Below the pieces are notes generated by a model, which worked only from the letters and a program-made list of their open reading frames with translations, searched no databases and was not told the origin of the DNA. From Vampirovibrio sp. (lineage in GTDB: Bacteria > Cyanobacteriota > Vampirovibrionia > Vampirovibrionales > Vampirovibrionaceae): a DNA stretch of 52,336 nt. A program made the position numbers and the translations under genes. Below are positions 44,348-52,336 of the stretch, one piece after another; position 1 is the stretch's first letter, and every line of letters starts with the position of its first letter. Location: contig JAHQWC010000029.1 in the NCBI GenBank assembly GCA_019634025.1, positions 1 through 52,336 of the forward strand, written 5' to 3'.

Positions 44348-45574
44348 ATGAATTCACCCCTCCGCATCCTCTATATCTGCCATGAAGGCGCGCTCTACGG
44401 ATCGCAGCAAAGCTTGCTACTCATCCTGAGAAACCTGGACAGACAGAAGTTTCAGCCCATTGTCTCTATTGCTCGCCCCGGTCCACTCAATAAAATTTTG
44501 GAAGAAGAACTGAATATCCCGGTGTTGAGCCATAAACGCCTGCAATGGTTTAAACATGACCGCCGCAACCTGTTTAAGCGCATTGGCGATCTGATTGCCT
44601 TACAAGTCAACAGCTACATTGCCCCTTGGAAATTGGCCAGACATATTCAGCAGTATGATATTCACTTGGTACACACCAACTCTGTGGTCTCCCTGGAAGG
44701 TCCCATTGCCGCCATGCTGGCCCGAGTACCTCATATCTGGCATATCCGGGAGCTGTTTATGGAAGATAACCCCAAGCTCAACGCCGTTTTAGGAAAACGT
44801 TTAACCCGGTTATTTATCCACCACCTGTCCAGCCGGGTTTTCTGTATTTCTGAGGCGGTTAAGGCCCAATTCAAGCCTTACTTAAAGCAATACCCCGCAA
44901 AATACCCACGCATCTACAACGCTTTAAACTTACCTGAGGAGGTTAGGTCAAAAGCGGGATCGCCTGTCTTCCAAATTGGCTACGTCGGAAGATTATCCGC
45001 AGGTAAACGGTTCCACGATTTAGTAGACGCCATGGCCTTGATTCGACAGGAGACACAAACCTCTTTTCATCTCACTGTTGCCGGAACCTTTGTTGACATG
45101 CCTTACGAAGCCCTGGTCAAAGATAAAATTGCCGCTCACCAGTTGGAGCCTTACATCACGTTGATGGGTCATCAGGCGGACCTGGAACCTATTTACCAAT
45201 CGTTGGACGTGCTGGTGGTGCCATCGTTAAACGAGCCCTTTGGCCGAGTGGTCATTGAGGCAATGGCTCGTCAGATCCCCTGTATTGCCGCCAAAGCAGG
45301 CGGCATCCCGGAGATTATTGATGAAAACAAGACAGGATACCTATTTGCACCTAAAGATGTCCGCACATTAGCAAACATTCTTAAGGAAGCAATGACAGCA
45401 CCGGACAAACTCATTACAATGGGTGCCCATGCGCGAGAAGCGGTGGCAAACCGTTTTGGCGTAACACAACAGATGGAACATGTCCAAGCCTGCTATATTA
45501 GGACTTACAGAGAATGTGCAATAACGACGCAGATACGAGGAACGAGCAGCGCAAGCAAGGAGCGTACTCAATAG
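44348..45574 (+). CDS. Glycosyltransferase family 4 (GT-B, retaining)
   Basis: 'RILYICHEGALYGSQ', 'YVGRLSAGKR', 'VVPSLNEPFGRVVIEAMA...PCIA...GGIPEII'. Confidence 0.88.
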   Translation: MNSPLRILYICHEGALYGSQQSLLLILRNLDRQKFQPIVSIARPGPLNKILEEELNIPVLSHKRLQWFKHDRRNLFKRIGDLIALQVNSYIAPWKLARHIQQYDIHLVHTNSVVSLEGPIAAMLARVPHIWHIRELFMEDNPKLNAVLGKRLTRLFIHHLSSRVFCISEAVKAQFKPYLKQYPAKYPRIYNALNLPEEVRSKAGSPVFQIGYVGRLSAGKRFHDLVDAMALIRQETQTSFHLTVAGTFVDMPYEALVKDKIAAHQLEPYITLMGHQADLEPIYQSLDVLVVPSLNEPFGRVVIEAMARQIPCIAAKAGGIPEIIDENKTGYLFAPKDVRTLANILKEAMTAPDKLITMGAHAREAVANRFGVTQQMEHVQACYIRTYRECAITTQIRGTSSASKERTQ

Positions 45575-45669
45575 TACGTGACGCCGCTGAGCAGCACAGT
45601 GACGAAGTAAATGCGAGTTAGAGTGCATTCTCTGTGGGTCCTAAATCTGAGTGTTTTTCCGGAGGAATA

Positions 45670-47019
45670 ATGTTCAACGGCGTCCGAAAAAACTCACCCC
45701 ACATCCGTATAGGCATTGTCCTAGACAAGGCTTTTCCCATTGATTGGCGCACCGAACAGCAAGCCAAAAGCCTGGTGAAAGCTGGTTATGAGGTACATAT
45801 TTTATGCGTTCAGACTCACACCTCGCAACCTGCCGAGGAACTGATGGACGGCATCCACATTCACCGGGTTCGGCCTGAGGCGGTAAGCTGCCGACTGCCG
45901 TTTTTCAACGTCAAGTCCCAGCTGCCGTACCAGGGGTTGTTGAAAAAAGTGAATCAAAAACTTTGGAACATTGATACAGTATGGCATACGCTGATAAGCC
46001 GCCTGGCAGAGCGTTACCAAATTGACGTATTTCACGTTTCAAACCTTCGACTAGTGGGCACAGCCCTGGATGTTGGCGGGAAATACGGCCTGCGGGTGGT
46101 GGCAGACTTGCGGGAGCATTACCCGCTCCTCCCGGACGCCCTCTCTCCCCAAGAAGCGTTGGCATCGAGAAAAGAATGGCAGCTCATTGAAAAGTTTTCC
46201 GCCTGGGGTGTCGATCGCATTTTAACCGTCCATCCCGGTTCTCGGGATCGGCTTGTTAAACACGGCATCCGGCCTCAAAAAATGGCCTTAATGCCCAAAG
46301 CTATTGATGCGGATCACTTCCTTTCCATTGAGCCGGACCTGGACATTACCCGACAGTTCCACTCAAACTTTCTGGTGACCTATGTAGGACCGTTAGACGG
46401 TCGGCACCGGGGGGTTCAAACAATATTGGACGCTGTTATTCTCCTGAAGCGGGAAATTCCGGAGCTCAAATTTGTGGCCCTTTCTCCTCTGGGTTCAGGC
46501 CACGAGCAATACGTCCAAGAACTCATCGCTTCCCGGGTGCAACGTCACGGCCTTCATCAAGATGCCTTTGTGTTTGAGCAGGCCGATGAAGAAGTCATCG
46601 CCTCAATTATGCAGGCCAGCGACCTGTGTGTATGCCCCTATTTGGAGACCGACGAGACACGGTGGTCACTCCCTGAAAGCCTGTTACTCTACCACTTGTT
46701 TAAAAAGCCCATTCTGGCTTCCAATACCACATTGTTGCAACATTACATTGAGGAAAGCGGCGGCGGAGATACCTTTAAGGCAGAAGACACCGGCGAGCTG
46801 GCCACCAAAATTGGCTGGGTGTACTTAAATGACAAGCTACGCAGAGAGTGGGGCGAGCAGGGCCACCACCATGTGATGACCCATCATCGGTGGAATGACC
46901 TGGCTCCTCAGTTTGTACAGCTTTATGATGATATGCTGCGCCGAAAACGCCACACCCACGGCCCGGTGCTAACACCTAAAGCAAGAGCTGCCAACAAGAA
47001 GCCCGTTGAAGCGGTCTGA
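45670..47019 (+). CDS. Glycosyltransferase family 4-like protein
   Basis: 'IRIGIVLDKAFPIDWRTEQQAKSLVKAGYEVHIL', 'YVGPLDGRHRG', 'LCVCPYLETDET'. Start set at ATG 45670 (GGAGG just upstream); the ORF opens at GTG 45634. Confidence 0.75.
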   Translation: MFNGVRKNSPHIRIGIVLDKAFPIDWRTEQQAKSLVKAGYEVHILCVQTHTSQPAEELMDGIHIHRVRPEAVSCRLPFFNVKSQLPYQGLLKKVNQKLWNIDTVWHTLISRLAERYQIDVFHVSNLRLVGTALDVGGKYGLRVVADLREHYPLLPDALSPQEALASRKEWQLIEKFSAWGVDRILTVHPGSRDRLVKHGIRPQKMALMPKAIDADHFLSIEPDLDITRQFHSNFLVTYVGPLDGRHRGVQTILDAVILLKREIPELKFVALSPLGSGHEQYVQELIASRVQRHGLHQDAFVFEQADEEVIASIMQASDLCVCPYLETDETRWSLPESLLLYHLFKKPILASNTTLLQHYIEESGGGDTFKAEDTGELATKIGWVYLNDKLRREWGEQGHHHVMTHHRWNDLAPQFVQLYDDMLRRKRHTHGPVLTPKARAANKKPVEAV

Positions 47020-47044
47020 GGGGTATCCTCTTAGGACACCCCTC
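47018..47044. terminator. Stem-loop between the convergent GT4 and aldehyde dehydrogenase genes
   Basis: GAGGGGT-A-TCCT-CTT-AGGA-C-ACCCCTC. Overlaps the GT4 stop codon. No U-tract on either strand. Confidence 0.3.
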
Positions 47045-47059
47045 AAACTAGTTCGAAAG

Positions 47060-48583
47060 TTAATCTACGTCGATCTGAGCGCGCTGCAGGCTGTCGCTGT
47101 AATCTACAAACATGGACTTCCATTCGGTAAAGTAATCCAGGCAGGCTTCACCCATCTCTCGGTGACCGTTGCCGGTGTTTTTGGTTCCGCCAAAGGGCAG
47201 GTGCACCTCGGCACCAATGGTGGGCGCGTTGACGTAGGTCAAGCCGGATTCTAAGTCCCGCAGAGCCTCGAACGCCTGATTGACGTTCTTGGTGTAAATG
47301 GACGTAGACAGGCCATACTCAATGTCATTGGCCACCTGAATGGCTTCTTGGAAACTATTTACCGGAATCAACGCCGTCACCGGGCCAAAGATCTCTTCCT
47401 GGGCAATGCGCATATTGGGTTTGACGTTGCCAAACAACGTGGGTTGGATAAACCAGCCTGGACCAGCAGCGGTATCTCGCTGACCACCTGTTAAGAGCTC
47501 TGCGCCTTCGTTCTTGCCGATTTCGATGTATTCCAGAATGCCTTTCATGGCGGCTTCATTGACAACGGGTCCTACGGTTACGCCATCATTTAACCCGTAG
47601 CCAAGCTTCATGGCATTGATCTTCTCGATCATCTGTTTTTTGACTTCTTCATACACGGCCTGATGAACAATGATCCGGCTGGTGGCGGTACACCGCTGGC
47701 CAGAGGTGCCAAAGGCTCCCCACACCACGCCGTCAATGGCCAAGTCCAGGTTGGCGTCATCCATAATGATGGTGGCGTTTTTACCGCCCATCTCCATGGA
47801 GCAGCGTTTAAACGTCGGGGCGCAGCCTTCGTTGACTTTGCGGCCCACGTCCGTTGAGCCGGTAAAGGAGATTAAGGCCACATCGGGGTGTTGAATTAAG
47901 GCGTTTCCCACGGCGCTTCCGCCGCCGGAAACATAGTTGAGCACGCCAGGGGGTAGACCGGCTTCTTCTAAAATCTCGACCAACCGCATGGCGAGTAACG
48001 GCGTGTCGCTGGCAGGTTTAATCACAGCCGTGTTGCCGCAAATCAAGGCAGGGAAAATTTTCCAGCTGGGAATGGCAATGGGGAAATTCCACGGGGTAAT
48101 GAGTCCTACTACGCCCAAAGGCATCCGGGTGGTCATACAAAACTTGTTGTGGAGTTCTGAGGGCATGGTATTCCCCAGCAACCGACGGCCTTCGCCAGCC
48201 ATAAAATAGGCGGTGTCAATGGCTTCCTGGACATCGCCACGGGTTTCAGCCAAAACTTTACCCATCTCGCGGGTCATCTCACGGGCCAAGGCCTCTTTAC
48301 GTTGCACTAACAGCTCAGCTGCCTTAAATAAAATCTCGCCCCGCTTCGGCGCCGGAGTCAGCCGCCAGCCGTTATAAGCTTTTTTAGCTGCCGCCACGGC
48401 GGCATCAATGTCTTCTTTGGCAGAGGCAGGAAAGGTCCCAATGACATCAGATGGATCGGCTGGGTTATTCACCTCAAAGGTTTTTCCAGACTTGGCCGGA
48501 ACCCATTTGCCATCAATAAAGTTCTTATAGTCGCCGGTTTGTCCTTTTGCGGCAGTGTCAGAAGTCGGTTGTGTGGTTGCCAT
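47060..48583 (-). CDS. NAD(P)+-dependent aldehyde dehydrogenase family protein
   Basis: 'NFIDGKWV', 'ITPWNFP', 'FTGSTDVG', 'MEMGGKNA', catalytic Cys 'GQRCTATSR', 'EEIFGPV'. Start at ATG 48583 ('MATTQP'); the ORF opens at 48604. Confidence 0.9.
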   Translation of the reverse strand: MATTQPTSDTAAKGQTGDYKNFIDGKWVPAKSGKTFEVNNPADPSDVIGTFPASAKEDIDAAVAAAKKAYNGWRLTPAPKRGEILFKAAELLVQRKEALAREMTREMGKVLAETRGDVQEAIDTAYFMAGEGRRLLGNTMPSELHNKFCMTTRMPLGVVGLITPWNFPIAIPSWKIFPALICGNTAVIKPASDTPLLAMRLVEILEEAGLPPGVLNYVSGGGSAVGNALIQHPDVALISFTGSTDVGRKVNEGCAPTFKRCSMEMGGKNATIIMDDANLDLAIDGVVWGAFGTSGQRCTATSRIIVHQAVYEEVKKQMIEKINAMKLGYGLNDGVTVGPVVNEAAMKGILEYIEIGKNEGAELLTGGQRDTAAGPGWFIQPTLFGNVKPNMRIAQEEIFGPVTALIPVNSFQEAIQVANDIEYGLSTSIYTKNVNQAFEALRDLESGLTYVNAPTIGAEVHLPFGGTKNTGNGHREMGEACLDYFTEWKSMFVDYSDSLQRAQIDVD

Positions 48584-48823
48584 GTGCGCGTCTCTCCTGT
48601 TCATAAATAGGTGTCCACTCTGTCCATTTATTGTATCTTATAGCGGTGTTTCCTTGTACACATCCTTTAACTATGGCAGGCCGCAAACCGGTATTACTTA
48701 CCGCTATAGGGAAGAATCAACTATAATATCCTTGACAGCTAATTCCGGCGGCAGGTTCTTCCAAAAACACCCGTATCCATCCAGTCCCGGGTTGCACATG
48801 AACAGAAAGGTACTTCACAGAAT

Positions 48824-50188
48824 ATGAGAAGCGTATGGCTCATGCTGGTTGCCCTGGGGTTGGGGTTAAAACGGCACTGGCATATTTTGCTCACTATCTT
48901 ATTGGGCTTTATGGCAGGGTGGATGTTTCCGTACGAAGAGTACATTTATGTGCCGCTGTATGAATTCTTTTATGAGGTCGCCGATATGGGCGGTCAGGTG
49001 TTCATCCGACTCATCACCATGATCGTCCTGCCGTTGGTCATCAGCTCGTTGATCATTGGCGTGTCCTCTTTGGGAGATACTCGGCAGTTGGGGGTTTTAG
49101 GGAGTAAGGTACTCTCGCTGTTTATCATGTTTATGGTGGTGGCCTCTCTAATTGGGACCGGGCTAGGCCTGTTTTTCAAACCCGGCAAACACGTCAAAGC
49201 CTCTATTGAAAATCACCAGACCCAGCTGGCAGACTTTTCTGCGCATCAAACTGACGTGGACTTGGCTCTGAAACAAAACAACCAAGACTTAAAACAACTG
49301 TTCTTTAATATGATCCCCAGCAATCCTATCGAATCTCTGGTCAAAATGGATCTGGTACCGGTGATTGTGTTTACCCTGTTATTTGGGGTGGCCATTGCCT
49401 ATATTGGAGATGCCGGCACGCCACTTGTATCGTTTTTCGAATCGGTATTTACGGCCACCATGAAGCTGACAGACTGGATCATGGTGCTTTCACCTTTAGG
49501 GGTCTTCTTCCTCAGTTTTGTTACCGTCACCAAAACGGGACCTCAGGTCTTTATGGAGCTGTCTTGGTTTATTTTGGTGATGATTGCAGCTTTCCTGGTC
49601 CAGGTGCTTATTGTGTTTCCAGTGGCTTTGCGGCTACTGGCGCGAATCGACTTTTCGCAGCTCTATAGCGCAGTTTCTGAAGCCCTGATGGTGGCCTTCG
49701 GCACCGCCAGCAGCAGCGCCACCTTGCCGGTGACCATTGCCTGCTGTGAGCGCCAAGCCGGTATTTCGAACCGTATTGCCAGCTTTGTTCTGCCCACTGG
49801 GGCTTCCATCAACAAAACCGGAACCACCATGTTTGAGGTGGTGGCGGTTTTGTTTTTAATGCAGGCCTATGGTGTAGAGTTGGAGCTCCCCACCATCATC
49901 CTCATCAGCGTGTTTGCCGTCATCGCATCTATTGGAACTGCTGGGGTACCTAGCGCCGGTATTATCACTATGGCCATTGTGCTGAACAGTATTGGCGAGA
50001 ACTTTAACCCCAACCTGTTTCCTCTGGGCATCGCCATGTTATGGTCGGTGGACCGGGTAGTGGATATGTGCCGCACCACCGTGAATGTATTAAGTAGCTG
50101 TGTGGTGGCTGCCATTGTAGCTGCCGGCGAAGGCGAGCTGAACCGCGATGTCCTCTCGAACAAAACCGCCGGACCCGGCGTCATATAA
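48824..50188 (+). CDS. Dicarboxylate/amino acid:cation symporter (DAACS, GltP/GltT-like)
   Basis: 'RLITMIVLPLVISSLI', 'FGTASSSATLPVT', 'LPTGASINKTGT', 'DRVVDMCRTTVNV'. Confidence 0.9.
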   Translation: MRSVWLMLVALGLGLKRHWHILLTILLGFMAGWMFPYEEYIYVPLYEFFYEVADMGGQVFIRLITMIVLPLVISSLIIGVSSLGDTRQLGVLGSKVLSLFIMFMVVASLIGTGLGLFFKPGKHVKASIENHQTQLADFSAHQTDVDLALKQNNQDLKQLFFNMIPSNPIESLVKMDLVPVIVFTLLFGVAIAYIGDAGTPLVSFFESVFTATMKLTDWIMVLSPLGVFFLSFVTVTKTGPQVFMELSWFILVMIAAFLVQVLIVFPVALRLLARIDFSQLYSAVSEALMVAFGTASSSATLPVTIACCERQAGISNRIASFVLPTGASINKTGTTMFEVVAVLFLMQAYGVELELPTIILISVFAVIASIGTAGVPSAGIITMAIVLNSIGENFNPNLFPLGIAMLWSVDRVVDMCRTTVNVLSSCVVAAIVAAGEGELNRDVLSNKTAGPGVI

Positions 50189-50260
50189 AATAAACTACAA
50201 GCTTTGATATAACATGTGTTGTATAACTTCTAATCAAGTTCCCCAAAGGACCTTCTACCC

Positions 50261-51682
50261 GTGCTAAATAGCCCTGTTCAAAAAAAACCACTGTCTCTGG
50301 CTCTCTATCTAGCCGTCTTGTTAGTATTCATTACAAGCGTAACCTCCGTTACTGCAAAACCCCAAAATACTAAAAAGCCATCACCCATTCATGAAAACCG
50401 CATTCAAGACCCGACCGAAGTAGACGGCCAGTTGATGATGCTGCAAAGAACCCCGGCAGATACCGAATTTATGGAAAGCAACGACGCGTTAGAAACAGCC
50501 CGGGTCGTTCGCAAAGTGGGCACCATAAACGTCCTATCAGAGTCTACGCCAAAATCCGGTACCGTTGACCCGCCCAAACATGACGCCTTTTTAGAACCAC
50601 AATTACTGCCGGACAAGATTGACTACAGCGCAGATTATTTGCAAGGCACCGAAAAAGAGAATGGCGAAGAGTACTTGGCTGAAGAGGATCCCTTCAAAGA
50701 GTCTCTACCAGAGCCAGAGAATGAAACCACCACCGTTACGGAAATTCTTGAGGAAAACAATACGTTTCAACCAGACACCTCAGAAACCGACTTTCCAGAA
50801 AATGCTAATGCGCCTGTTCTAGACGAAGCAACAATAGAGAGCATCGCTGAGGAAACTACAAAAGAAACTACAGATGTTTTAGAGGGTGAAGAGAACAGCG
50901 ACACGTCTGACGATGCTGAAATTGCAGAAGACACCGAAGACAATAGCGTTGAAGAAGAACCAGATCCAGAAATTGAGATTGAAGAAGAAGCGGCATCTGA
51001 AATTGTGGTGGAAACCCCACTGACCGAAGAAGAAGAAGCACGTGAACTCTACAACCGGGGAGTTGAGATGTTTCAGGTGGCCCAAGTACAGGGCGAGCGA
51101 AACAACGCCGCTGGGCAAAAAGACTTGCTGAAACGAGCCATCAAAAACTTTAAAGAGGCCCTGAAGTTGGACAACACCCTGGTAGAAGCCCAAAGTAACA
51201 TTGGCTTTGCTTATTTAACCCAAAAGAGAGAAAAGAAAGCCATTAAAGCCTTTTATAAAGCCCTGGCCATGAATCCCAACCACCTCAATACTCTCAACGG
51301 CTTAGCCACAACGTATGCAATGATGGAAAAAATTGATCCTGCCGTGAAGACGTTTGAAAAGCTCACCACATTAGATCCCGGTAATGATCAATACTTTTTT
51401 AATATGGGCGCCGCCTTGCAACGCAACAAACGCTTTGAAGACGCCCAAAAAGCATATGGAGAAGCCCTACGACTCAACCCCAAGGACCAGCGCAGCATGT
51501 TTAACCTGGCCACCCTACACGAAAACCAGGGAGACTATGACTTGGCCAAAGACCATTATGAAAAAGCAAAAGACGTGTCGATTAGCAACCCGGTTGGACT
51601 GGAAGCCGTCCGGCGGATTGAAGAGATTGACCGGTACTTTGAAGCCTTAAAAGCCAACGAAACAGCTTCAGAAGAAGATTAA
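50261..51682 (+). CDS. Secreted/anchored TPR-repeat protein with a long acidic low-complexity linker
   Basis: GTG start. Signal-like 'LSLALYLAVLLVFITSVTSVTA', an E/D/T-rich region of about 200 aa, then four or five TPR units ('AIKAFYKALAMNPNH', 'AQKAYGEALRLNPKD', 'AKDHYEKA'). Confidence 0.8.
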   Translation: MLNSPVQKKPLSLALYLAVLLVFITSVTSVTAKPQNTKKPSPIHENRIQDPTEVDGQLMMLQRTPADTEFMESNDALETARVVRKVGTINVLSESTPKSGTVDPPKHDAFLEPQLLPDKIDYSADYLQGTEKENGEEYLAEEDPFKESLPEPENETTTVTEILEENNTFQPDTSETDFPENANAPVLDEATIESIAEETTKETTDVLEGEENSDTSDDAEIAEDTEDNSVEEEPDPEIEIEEEAASEIVVETPLTEEEEARELYNRGVEMFQVAQVQGERNNAAGQKDLLKRAIKNFKEALKLDNTLVEAQSNIGFAYLTQKREKKAIKAFYKALAMNPNHLNTLNGLATTYAMMEKIDPAVKTFEKLTTLDPGNDQYFFNMGAALQRNKRFEDAQKAYGEALRLNPKDQRSMFNLATLHENQGDYDLAKDHYEKAKDVSISNPVGLEAVRRIEEIDRYFEALKANETASEED

Positions 51683-51727
51683 TTACCCCCAGACGTGTGA
51701 GACCGTAACAGAGAAAAAAGTGAAAAA

Positions 51728-52336
51728 ATGCACCCAGGAACCCTTAAAAAAAGCATTGTTCTAAACCGCTGGCTCATCGGCAGCTATTTGGTGATGAGTA
51801 TGGTTGCCTGCCAACTACCCTTAGTCAAGTTGGTTTGGCCGGGTTGGCAATGGATAGGCCTGATGTTCGTCGCGATTACCAGCTTGGCAGTGAACGAGTG
51901 GCTCCTCAAAGTCCTGTACAAAGCCAGCGAAGACAACGAAAAACGCCTGGAAAAGCTGACGGTGGTGTTCCCCATATTTTTGGCGTTAATCACCCTCTCC
52001 GCCTACGCAGTCACCGGCGATCCTCTGCTGACAGGGTTTATGGCCTTACCGGTTTTACAGGCGCATGTAGTCGGGCTAGGCAAGCTGGCCAAGCGCCTAT
52101 TTATGGGGATGTTGAGCTTCACTCTCCTTAGTGTGCTGGTAGGATACCCAAAACCCAGTTTAGTATTAGCGCAAAACCCCCTACTCCTCAGCTTAGCAGT
52201 CATCCCGCTGATGGTCACGTTATATCAATATGGCAAAGTCATTTGCGGTTTGGTCCGCATCACCCACAGTCAGGTGAACCACCTGCAATCTTTGGCGGCC
52301 ACCGATGGGCTGACCGGGTTGATTAACCGCCGCCAG
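51728..52336 (+). CDS. Membrane-anchored diguanylate cyclase (GGDEF), 5' partial that runs off the window
   Basis: My own translation: an open frame from ATG 51728 to the window end, with 5-6 hydrophobic helices. It ends in 'LAATDGLTGLINRRQ', the conserved entry to GGDEF domains. Confidence 0.7.
   Translation, partial: MHPGTLKKSIVLNRWLIGSYLVMSMVACQLPLVKLVWPGWQWIGLMFVAITSLAVNEWLLKVLYKASEDNEKRLEKLTVVFPIFLALITLSAYAVTGDPLLTGFMALPVLQAHVVGLGKLAKRLFMGMLSFTLLSVLVGYPKPSLVLAQNPLLLSLAVIPLMVTLYQYGKVICGLVRITHSQVNHLQSLAATDGLTGLINRRQ

Noticed and set aside
1-52336. CRISPR arrays, rRNA or tRNA genes, IS transposases, integrases
   Set aside because: I found no regularly spaced 25-40-bp direct repeats with unique spacers, no rRNA/tRNA signatures in the intergenic regions read by eye, and no DDE, serine or tyrosine recombinase-like ORFs. 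A tRNAscan/Infernal run would be needed to be certain about small RNAs.

Overview
A 52.3-kb bacterial chromosomal window, about 50% GC by eye, densely coded on both strands. The lineage cannot be assigned from sequence alone. Hints are a SigB/F/G-type group-3 sigma factor, a 4-domain S1, an ispH-rpsA-rplU-rpmA neighbourhood, and diderm features (a TPS exoprotein and a prepilin peptidase).

Ordinary content:
- A partial pseudaminic-acid locus: pseC, pseI, pseG, plus a formyltransferase and a GT-B protein.
- Housekeeping genes: queG, ffh, sppA, comM, ispH, rpsA, rplU, rpmA.
- A SWIM-SNF2 helicase, pilD and a sigma factor.
- A glycan-type cluster: radical SAM/SPASM, AsnB, LbH acetyltransferase and two GT4 genes.
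- An aldehyde dehydrogenase, a DAACS transporter, a TPR protein and the 5' part of a GGDEF gene.

Most interesting items:
1. A sharply AT-rich island of about 2.7 kb (about 14.0-16.7 kb). It encodes a 60-aa Thr/Lys/Asp-rich peptide, a 2OG/Fe(II) oxygenase and a microviridin-type (MvdC/MvdD-like) ATP-grasp ligase. It is followed by a 117-bp MITE with perfect 28-bp terminal inverted repeats and a phage-type HTH gene. I interpret this as a horizontally acquired, oxygenase-tailored graspetide (RiPP) cluster.
2. An unannotated 40-aa secreted peptide ending in ACCGGGPCCPGPCC, next to a Cys-containing membrane-anchored protein.
3. Two families of structured intergenic repeats, one with 4 full copies plus 1 partial, the other with 2. 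Both show compensatory stem changes between copies.
4. A 1286-aa TPS-domain exoprotein fused to LamG and YVTN beta-propeller modules, with no TpsB partner in the window.
5. A catalytically degenerate TrpD-like paralogue upstream of the radical-SAM/AsnB/GT cluster.

All functional calls rest on motif recognition by eye. No database search was run.
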